Below, piece by piece: positions 29,413 to 36,564 of a stretch of 64,000 nucleotides of DNA; position 1 is the first letter of the stretch, and each line of letters starts with the position of its first letter. The translations under genes were made by a program, and so were the position numbers. Location: positions 1-64,000 of the forward strand of contig JANNXA010000027.1 of the NCBI GenBank assembly GCA_031409275.1, in the 5' to 3' direction. Under the pieces are notes generated by a model. It searched no databases and had not been told where the DNA came from. It worked only from the letters and a program-made list of their open reading frames with translations. The stretch is from Planctomycetota bacterium. GTDB lineage: Bacteria; Planctomycetota; B15-G4; SIAN01.

Positions 29413-30786
29413 TCAGGAGATTCCCGCAGGCGTCCCTGCTGCGTGCGGTGTTCGCGGTGGGCTCGCGCGACGCACGTAGGCCTCGGAGAGGCGCTTGCGC
29501 CGCAGCTTTCGCACCAGGACCTGCATCCCGCCGATGTCGATCGTCTCGCCACCGTTGGGCGCGCGGCCGAGCGTGCGTTGCACCCAGTCCGCGAATTGCA
29601 GCGGCCGTTCGCCGGCGACGCTCTCGGTGGCGGGGGCTGGCGCGAGGCCGAGTCGTTGGCGCAGCGTCTCGAGGGTCACGCCGCCGCCCGCGATCCAGCC
29701 CTCGCCGGTCGCGAGCAGGTGGTTGGGCAGGCGGTCGAACTCATCCTCGATGTCGCCGACGAGCTCCTCGATGATGTCCTCGAGCGCCACCAGTCCGGTG
29801 ATGCGCTGCTGCTCGTCGGTCACCAGCGCGATGTGCGTGCGGCTGTGGACCATCTCGTCGAGCGCAGAGGAGATCGAGCGCGAGCCGGGGATGCGCTGCA
29901 GCGGACGCGTGATCGAGCGCAGTCCCGGGCTGCCATCCGCCATCTTGAGCATCGCCACCAGGTCCTTGAACGTGACGTAGCCTTCGATCGTCTGCGGATC
30001 GCGCTCGTCGCGAGCGACGGGGAAGCGCGTGTGCATGTCGAGGTGCGCTCGCACCAGCGCCTCTTCCAGCGTCGTCTCGATCGGCAGCATCGAGATGTCG
30101 GCGGCGGGCAACTCGATCTCTTTGAGATGGCGGCTCGAGAGCTGCGCTGCCGCCGTGACGATGCGCTCTTCGCGGGCGCCGATCAGCTTGGCGGTGCGCG
30201 CCAGCGCAGCGGCCGCGGCCAGCTCATGCAGCGAGGACGCGTCCTTCAGCTGCGGGCCGCGCTGCCCGCGAAGTCGCGTGAGCGTCGCGAGCACCAGCTT
30301 CACCGCCCCCTCGAGCACGGTCACGGCTGGAGCGGCGACCCAGGCGAACGCCGCCATGGCCGGCGACAGCGCGCAGGCGACGCGCTCCTTGTAACGGATC
30401 GCCAGCACCTTGGGCGCCAGCTCGGCGAAGACGATGGTCAATGCCGCAAGCGGCAGCACCGCCGCCGCCAACGCGAGCAGATGGGACGCCCGTGCGGACA
30501 TGCCGAACGCCGCCTCGAGGCGTGGAGCCAGCTCGCTGCCGACGGACGCACCGCCGTAGGCGCCGGTGATCGCGCCCATCAACGTGATGCCCAGTTGCAC
30601 CACGGCGAGGCTGCGCTCGATGTTGCCCTTCATGGCCAGCGCCTTGGCGGCGCCGCGGGTGCCGAGCTTCGCCAACGAGACGAGGCGAGCCGTCGACACC
30701 GCCGAGAGCGCCATCTCGTACGCGGCGAAGAGCGCGTTCAGCGACAGGAGGACAGCGACGACGAGGAGATCGGTCAGGGTCGGCAT
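29413..30786 (-). CDS. CNNM/hemolysin-family protein (DUF21 + CBS pair + CorC/HlyC)
   Basis: NALFAAYEMAL, VQLGITL, FAELAPK, HTRFPV, GLVALEDIIEELVGDIEDEFD. Confidence 0.92.
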   Translation of the reverse strand: MPTLTDLLVVAVLLSLNALFAAYEMALSAVSTARLVSLAKLGTRGAAKALAMKGNIERSLAVVQLGITLMGAITGAYGGASVGSELAPRLEAAFGMSARASHLLALAAAVLPLAALTIVFAELAPKVLAIRYKERVACALSPAMAAFAWVAAPAVTVLEGAVKLVLATLTRLRGQRGPQLKDASSLHELAAAAALARTAKLIGAREERIVTAAAQLSSRHLKEIELPAADISMLPIETTLEEALVRAHLDMHTRFPVARDERDPQTIEGYVTFKDLVAMLKMADGSPGLRSITRPLQRIPGSRSISSALDEMVHSRTHIALVTDEQQRITGLVALEDIIEELVGDIEDEFDRLPNHLLATGEGWIAGGGVTLETLRQRLGLAPAPATESVAGERPLQFADWVQRTLGRAPNGGETIDIGGMQVLVRKLRRKRLSEAYVRRASPPRTPHAAGTPAGIS

Positions 30787-30798
30787 GAGGGGCGGGGA

Positions 30799-32022
30799 TT
30801 ATGCCCGGCGGAACGCCAGGAGGTGCTCGGCGCGGGATCGCCGGGAGAGCGCGGTGGGGGAGCGGGAGGTGCTGGCGGGCGATTCGCGCGTTTGCGCGGC
30901 GGCTGCGACGAAGTGGAGCGGCAGCCCGGCGAACGCTTCGGCGACGAGCGCTGCCGCGTCGAACTCGCGCCCGGCCGCTTCCGAGTCGCCCACCACCAGC
31001 ACGACGAGTCCGCCGGGTCGCACCACCCGCGCCAGCTCGCTGCCGCTCGCTCGCAACGCCGCGACATAGTCGGCGGCGGCGCGCGTCGGATTGGCGTTCG
31101 CCTGCGATCGACGGCCGATCTCGTGCGCCGCCGCGGCGCGCAACGGGATCGCGAGCAGCCGGGCGCGCAGCTCCTGAATGGCGTCGTAGTCGTAGGTGCC
31201 GAGGTAGGGCGGCGAACTCAGCGCGAACTGCGCGCTGCCGGTGCGCCACGGCAACGCGCGGGCATCGGCCAGCACGACCCGCGCCGCCGGGGTCTGGTGA
31301 GCGAGCGTCGCCAGCTCCGCGAGGCCGGAGCAGAGCTCCTCCGTGCGTTGCGCAAAGGCCTTCGCGGTGAAGCCCGGCGCGATGCGCTTCGCCGAGACGC
31401 CGTCGCTGGTTTCGGCCGCGCGCCGCGACACCTTGGTCAGCAGCGACGAGAAGACCAGCAGCAGCGCGTCGTGGACTTCGCGATCCGGCAACTCCTGCAG
31501 CGCGCAGCCCAGCGTGTCGAGCTCCTGCAGCACGTGCGGCTCGTACCAGCGCGCCAGATCGGGCGGGATCCCTTCCACCGTAATCGCTTCGTCGCGGCTC
31601 GAACGCTCGTGCCAGGCGCGGCGCGCGAGTCGATCGCCTGCGGCGAGGAGGCGCTGGCGTCCGGCAGGCGTCGTCGCGGCGGACTTCTGGCGCGCCAGCA
31701 GCAGCGCCAACGCGTTCACGTCGCAGCCCAGCGCCCTCCGGCCCGCGGCGCGCGCCTCGACCAGCACGGTGCCGCTGCCGCAGAACGGATCGATCACCAC
31801 GTCACCGGGTTTCGACCACGCCGCGATCAGGGTCCGCGCCAGCTGCGGATGGAGCCGCGCGGGATAGGGATGGAAGCCGTGGGTCAGTTCGCGACCGTCG
31901 CTGGTGGCCGCGCGCCATGCGGCGGCGAGCGTCGCGGCGTGATTCGAATCGCCGCGCAACGCCAGCGTGCCGTGGTACTGGGCGAGGCTCGTTCGACGCC
32001 GCTCAACCACGCGCGGCTCCAT
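30799..32022 (-). CDS. Orphan amino (N4-C/N6-A) DNA methyltransferase
   Basis: THGFHPYPA; DPFCGSGT (motif I) precedes SSPPY (motif IV). Start uncertain by a few codons. Confidence 0.82.
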   Translation of the reverse strand: MEPRVVERRRTSLAQYHGTLALRGDSNHAATLAAAWRAATSDGRELTHGFHPYPARLHPQLARTLIAAWSKPGDVVIDPFCGSGTVLVEARAAGRRALGCDVNALALLLARQKSAATTPAGRQRLLAAGDRLARRAWHERSSRDEAITVEGIPPDLARWYEPHVLQELDTLGCALQELPDREVHDALLLVFSSLLTKVSRRAAETSDGVSAKRIAPGFTAKAFAQRTEELCSGLAELATLAHQTPAARVVLADARALPWRTGSAQFALSSPPYLGTYDYDAIQELRARLLAIPLRAAAAHEIGRRSQANANPTRAAADYVAALRASGSELARVVRPGGLVVLVVGDSEAAGREFDAAALVAEAFAGLPLHFVAAAAQTRESPASTSRSPTALSRRSRAEHLLAFRRA

Positions 32023-32767
32023 CGGTACGACGGCGCCAGATCACGAAGAGGGCGACCAGCAAGGCCATGACGCCGAGGAAGATCAGCGCCAGTCGCAGCG
32101 CGTGGCGCGGGTCGCTCACGATGGCGGCACCCGCATGGCTGTAGACCAGGGTTGCTGGGAGCTGTCCGAGGCCGGTGGCGAGCAGGAACGGCAGCGCGCG
32201 CATCTTGGTGAGACCGCCGGCGTAGCTCACCACGTCGAAGCTCACGAACGGGATCAGTCGCAGCACCAGCACCGCCAGCAGCCCGTCGCGCGCGAAGAAG
32301 CGATCGGTCCGCTCGAGCAGCGCCGCGCGAAACAGCCGCTGCACGAAGGGGCGTCCGAAGGCGCGGGCCAGCCAGAAGCAAAGCGCGGCCGCCAGCTCGG
32401 CGGAGCTCCAGGAGATCAGGGCGCCAAGCCATGGCCCGTAGATCAGCGCATTCACCAGCGTGAGCGGCACCGCTGGAATCGGTGCGGCGAGCGACTGCAG
32501 GATCATCAGCAGCGAGGTGACGATCCACGCGCGGTCGCCGTAGGGGGCGAGGAAGTCGCGCAGGTCGCCCACGCCTTTGGAGACATCGGGCTGCAGCAGG
32601 AGCCGGCACGCAGTGGCGACGAAGGCGCGCGCGGCGGGCGACAGAGCGAAGAAGAGCGCAGTGGCCACCAGCGCCAGCAGCGCGATGCGGCGCGGCCAGG
32701 GCGGTGGCGCGTCCGCCGCGGGTCGTGCGGCAGCGTCGGGCGCGCGATCGTCGCTTCGGTCGTTCAT
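32003..32767 (-). CDS. TVP38/TMEM64 (DedA/SNARE-associated) membrane protein
   Basis: LQSLAAPIPA, YGPWLGALISW, LRLIPFVSFDVVSYAGGL, ATGLGQLP; ATGA overlap. Confidence 0.9.
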   Translation of the reverse strand: MNDRSDDRAPDAAARPAADAPPPWPRRIALLALVATALFFALSPAARAFVATACRLLLQPDVSKGVGDLRDFLAPYGDRAWIVTSLLMILQSLAAPIPAVPLTLVNALIYGPWLGALISWSSAELAAALCFWLARAFGRPFVQRLFRAALLERTDRFFARDGLLAVLVLRLIPFVSFDVVSYAGGLTKMRALPFLLATGLGQLPATLVYSHAGAAIVSDPRHALRLALIFLGVMALLVALFVIWRRRTDGAARG

Positions 32768-33339
32768 CGAACCTCGAGCGGAGCGGGTGGTCTTGCGGCG
32801 TCGATCCACGCAAGCGCTGCGGCGGGCGCGATCGAATCGGCGAAGTGCTCGCCGTAGTGGAGCGCGACGATCTTGCCATCGCCGCCGATCAGGAAGTCGG
32901 CCGGACTGCCGCCGATGCCGTCGCGCAACGCATCGCGCCAGCGCGGTGCGATGCCGTGGGCACGCGCCTCGCGGATGCGGGCGAGCGCGCGCGGTGCGAA
33001 GAGCGCCAGCAGGCTGCCGCGGATGCCGTACTCGCGGTACACCCGCTTCTGCGGATCGGCCAGCACCGGGAAGGGCAGCGCGTGCGGCCCGAACGCGTGG
33101 TCGCGCAGCGCTTCCGCCGGCGAATGGAAGATGCGCACGACGTTGACGTCGCGCCGCACGAACTCGGCATGGCGAGCGGCAAACTGCCGCGTCGAGAGCA
33201 CGCAAGTCGGTCAGGTGGCGTAGCGATGGAAGCTCAGCAGCCACATGCGTCCGAGCAGGGCGCGCGAGTCGAAGGTCGCCCCCGCGGCGCTCGGCAGCAC
33301 GAAGGGCGGTGCGACACTGCCGACCGAGAGCTTGGCCAT
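32764..33339 (-). CDS. AhpC/TSA (peroxiredoxin-like) selenoprotein candidate; Sec at codon 43 (TGA 33213-33211)
   Basis: GGAG + ATG 33339 gives MAKLSVGSVAPPFVLPSAAGATFDSRALLGRMWLLSFHRYAT-TGA-PTC, in frame with ORF 32764..33201 (FPVLADP, PADFLI, HYG). TGA occupies the first Cys position of CxxC. Confidence 0.85.
33173..33194 (-). promoter_or_regulatory. Candidate bacterial SECIS hairpin
   Basis: mRNA CGA(C)GCGGCA-GUU-UGCCGC-UCG; the apical loop starts with GU, 26 nt after the UGA. Confidence 0.7.
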
Positions 33340-33340
33340 C

Positions 33341-35020
33341 TCAGGACTCCGCGGTGCGCAGCTTGCGCGCGCCAATCGAGACGAGGAAGAGCGCGAGCGC
33401 CACCAGCGCGGTCGCGGCGATGCCGTTCAGCAGTGGGACGCTGCGGGATGGCGAGCCGGCGCTCGATTGCGCCACCTGCGCGAAGCTGCTCCAGGCGATG
33501 CGCATCAGTGCTGCGAGCGTCGTTGCGAGCACGAACAGCAGCGGGGCCAACGCGAAAGCGAAGCGCTTCTTGCTGCGCTTCAGCCACACGGCGAAGGTCA
33601 GCAGCGCCAGCGCGGCGAGCAGCTGGTTCGAGGCGCCAAAGAGCGTCCAGTAGCGCTTGTAGTCGTCGCGCCCGCCGGCCAGCAGCAGCGCGAGCGGAGC
33701 GGCGAGCGTGAGCAGCGTCGCGCCGCTGGCGCCGATCGTGCCGCGCCATCCCAGCAGCTCCTGCACGATGTAGCGGCCGAGGCGCGTGCAGACATCGAGC
33801 GTGTCGAAGACGAAGGTGGAGAAGGCCATCGCGCCGAAGGTCGTCGCGAACGCGAGGTGCTGCTCGCCGACCACCAGCGTCACGAAGCGACCGATGCCGT
33901 CGCCGTAGATCCGTCCCGGCGAGACGCCCGCGCTTGCCGACGGCTTCACGATCATGATCGTGGCCAGCGCGACCAGCGCGACGAACGCCTCCGCCAGCAT
34001 CGCGCCGTAGCCGACCGGCCGCGCGTGGCTTTCGCGGTCGAGCTGCTTGCTGGTGGTGCCCGAGCAGACCAGGCCATGGAAGCCGGAGCAGGCGCCGCAC
34101 GCGATGGTCACGAAGAGGAAGGGCCACGCCGCGCCGGTGGCGCCGCCCGCATCGAAGCCCTTCCAGGCCGGCTGCTCGATCGTGTAGCCGCCGCAGAAGA
34201 GGCCGATGGTTCCGGCGGCGAGCGCGCTGTAGAGGACGAAGCCTCCGAGGTAGCCGCGCGGCTGCAGGAGCAGCGAAACCGGCATCACCGACGCCACGCC
34301 GCAGTAGGCGAGGATCAGCAGCGTCCAGGTGCGATGGTCCAGCACGAAGTGGTCGGCCAGCAGCGTTCCGCTCCAGGTGGCGAGGAACGTCGCCGGCACG
34401 AAGACGACGGTCAGGAGCCACAGCGGCAGGCGCGGCAGGAAGCGTTGCACCAAGCCCAGCAGCAGCGCGAGCAGCAGGTAGAGCACGCTGGCCGCGGCGA
34501 CGGCGCCGCCCTTGTGGAAGCCCTTCGCGGCGGCGAGCTCTTCGCTGCCGTCGACGAAGGTTCCCGCCGTCAGATCCGCGAAGGCGACGATCACGTACAC
34601 CAGCGCGATCGCGATGAAGGCGAGCAGCGCGCGGCCGGCCGGCGCGCCGAGCTGCTCGCGCGTGATCTCCGCGAGGCTCCGGCCACTGTGGCGCACGGAG
34701 GCGGCCAGCGCCAGGAAGTCGTGGACCGCGCCGATCAGCACGACGCCGACGGCGATCCAGACCAGGCAAGGCAACCACCCCCACGCCTGCGCGGCGACGA
34801 TCGGCCCGGCGATCGGACCGGCCGCGGCGATCGCCGAGAAGTGCTGGCCGAACAGATAGAAGGGGCGCGTCGCGACGAAATCGTTGCCGTCGGCGTGCAC
34901 ATGCGCCGGCGTCGCGCGCGCGTCGTCGAGCGCGAGCTGGCGCGCGACGTAGCGGCCGTGCAGTCGGTAGCCGACGACGAGGAGGGCGAGGAACGCGAGC
35001 GCGATCAGTGGCAGAGCCAT
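33341..35020 (-). CDS. cstA: Carbon starvation protein A family transporter
   Basis: FGQHFSAIAAAGPIAGP, GAVHDF, LLQPRGY, PFLFVTIACGACSGFHGL, GYGAMLAE, WTLFGASNQLLA. Confidence 0.93.
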   Translation of the reverse strand: MALPLIALAFLALLVVGYRLHGRYVARQLALDDARATPAHVHADGNDFVATRPFYLFGQHFSAIAAAGPIAGPIVAAQAWGWLPCLVWIAVGVVLIGAVHDFLALAASVRHSGRSLAEITREQLGAPAGRALLAFIAIALVYVIVAFADLTAGTFVDGSEELAAAKGFHKGGAVAAASVLYLLLALLLGLVQRFLPRLPLWLLTVVFVPATFLATWSGTLLADHFVLDHRTWTLLILAYCGVASVMPVSLLLQPRGYLGGFVLYSALAAGTIGLFCGGYTIEQPAWKGFDAGGATGAAWPFLFVTIACGACSGFHGLVCSGTTSKQLDRESHARPVGYGAMLAEAFVALVALATIMIVKPSASAGVSPGRIYGDGIGRFVTLVVGEQHLAFATTFGAMAFSTFVFDTLDVCTRLGRYIVQELLGWRGTIGASGATLLTLAAPLALLLAGGRDDYKRYWTLFGASNQLLAALALLTFAVWLKRSKKRFAFALAPLLFVLATTLAALMRIAWSSFAQVAQSSAGSPSRSVPLLNGIAATALVALALFLVSIGARKLRTAES

Positions 35021-35066
35021 GGAGCGGCGATGGTAGCGCCGCTTCCGGCCCCGATCCGCGCCGCGT

Positions 35067-35700
35067 TCAGGCGGTGACGGCGGCGCTCGCGGCGACCTGC
35101 TGCTCGAGCTCGCCTGCCAGCGAGTCGAGGCTGTCGGCCGCGTTCTGCGTCTCGGTGAAGCCCTGCGCGGTCGACTCGGCCGTCCCGGCGACGGTGGTCA
35201 CTCCGTCGACGATCTCGCTGACTGCGCGCTGCACGTCGGTCTGGATCGCGACGATGCTCGCCTCGATGGTGGCGTTCAGCGCCGGCAGGTTGGTCTGCTC
35301 GGCGACGTCGTGGATGACCTTGATCACGCGGTCGATCCGGGCGCTGCGCTCGTACAGCCGCCCGACCGTCTCGTTGGTGCTCTTCGCCGCGGCAACCGCC
35401 TGCGGCGCGATCGGTCGCGGACATCGCCACCAGCTTCTCGGCGGCGGCGACGTCCGTCGCGATGGCCGCCACGGTGTCGGGACTCTCCGCGACGAGCGCC
35501 GCCAGCACGTCGGCTGGCAGCGCGTCGTGCATCATGTCCCTGTTGGGCAGGTCGACGACTGCGTCGCTCACGAGCCGCTCGCGATCCAGCGTGGCGCCAG
35601 CGTTCTGCAGCGATTAGTAGCCCTCCGTGCCGACCAGCGCCGCCGTGACGGCGCCGGCGAGACGGATGGCGGTGAGCTTCTTGCGTAGCGTCCAGATCAT
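35067..35700 (-). pseudogene. Internally deleted methyl-accepting chemotaxis protein remnant
   Basis: MIWTLRKKL...GY-stop-...DMMHDALPADVLAA, then a frameshift to VAEQTNLPALNATIEA joined directly to SIVAIQ (the ARAG...GFAVVA segment is missing). Confidence 0.75.
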
Positions 35701-35712
35701 GGAGCGGTTCCT

Positions 35713-36564
35713 GTGTCTCGAGATCGACCCAACGACCGACTCGCCGACGATCCGCTGGAAGCAGTTCGGAACCGGAGTGGAGTGGTCGGAACGGCGCGGG
35801 CGAGCTGGATCGTGCTGCCGCCTGCGCACGGAGGCGCCGCGATCGTCCGACCGCTGCTCGAGCGGTTGAAGGCGCAGGTTCGAGTGTGGGCACCGCCGCT
35901 GCCGGCCGACTGCACCGCTCCGGTCGACGTGGCCACGGCGCTCGTCGCGGCGCTCGACGCGGCCGGGTCGGAGCGGGCCGGAGTGATCGGGCTGTCGCTC
36001 GGCGGGCAATTGGCGCAAGCGCTGGTCGAGCATCACCCCCAGCGCGTCGCGGCGCTGCTGTTGGTGGCTTCCGGCGCTCCCGATCGGGCGCGCGGCCGCG
36101 CGTTGGCGCGCAGCGGATGGCTCGCGCGTTGGTTGCCGCGCCGCGTGCTGCTCGCCCGCGCTCGTGCGCAACTGGCGGAGTCGCTGTCCGAAGTCGGAGT
36201 CGCGCGCGGCTCCGAACTTCTTGCCGAGATGGCGGAGGCGACTCGTGCCGAACTGGCGGCACCACGCGCACGACTGCAGGCGAGCGATCGGTTGGGCGCG
36301 GATGCGCCGGCGGCCTTCGCCGCACGACCCGCTCCGGTGCGGCTGATCGAGCTTGCAGCGGACGGCGTGATCGCCGCGTCGGAGTCGGCGCGCTTGCGCG
36401 CGTTGTTCCCGCAGGCCCAGGTCGAGGTGATCCCCGCGCTGCGCCACGCGGCGCTGATCGGCTGGCCGGTGGCGCTGCTCGAGCGCGTCGCCGCCGCGGT
36501 GATGGAGCTGTCGGCGCAGGCGGCGCTTGGACCCGTCAGCGCGGCGCCAACAGGTTCTCGCTGA
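35713..36564 (+). CDS. Alpha/beta-fold hydrolase
   Basis: VIGLSLGG nucleophile elbow, HPQRVAALLL, D(G)VI and C-terminal RH as candidate triad residues. Confidence 0.75.
   Translation: MSRDRPNDRLADDPLEAVRNRSGVVGTARASWIVLPPAHGGAAIVRPLLERLKAQVRVWAPPLPADCTAPVDVATALVAALDAAGSERAGVIGLSLGGQLAQALVEHHPQRVAALLLVASGAPDRARGRALARSGWLARWLPRRVLLARARAQLAESLSEVGVARGSELLAEMAEATRAELAAPRARLQASDRLGADAPAAFAARPAPVRLIELAADGVIAASESARLRALFPQAQVEVIPALRHAALIGWPVALLERVAAAVMELSAQAALGPVSAAPTGSR

Noticed and set aside
30799..32022. Restriction-modification or defence system
   Set aside because: No adjacent nuclease or other defence gene; only an orphan methyltransferase is supported.
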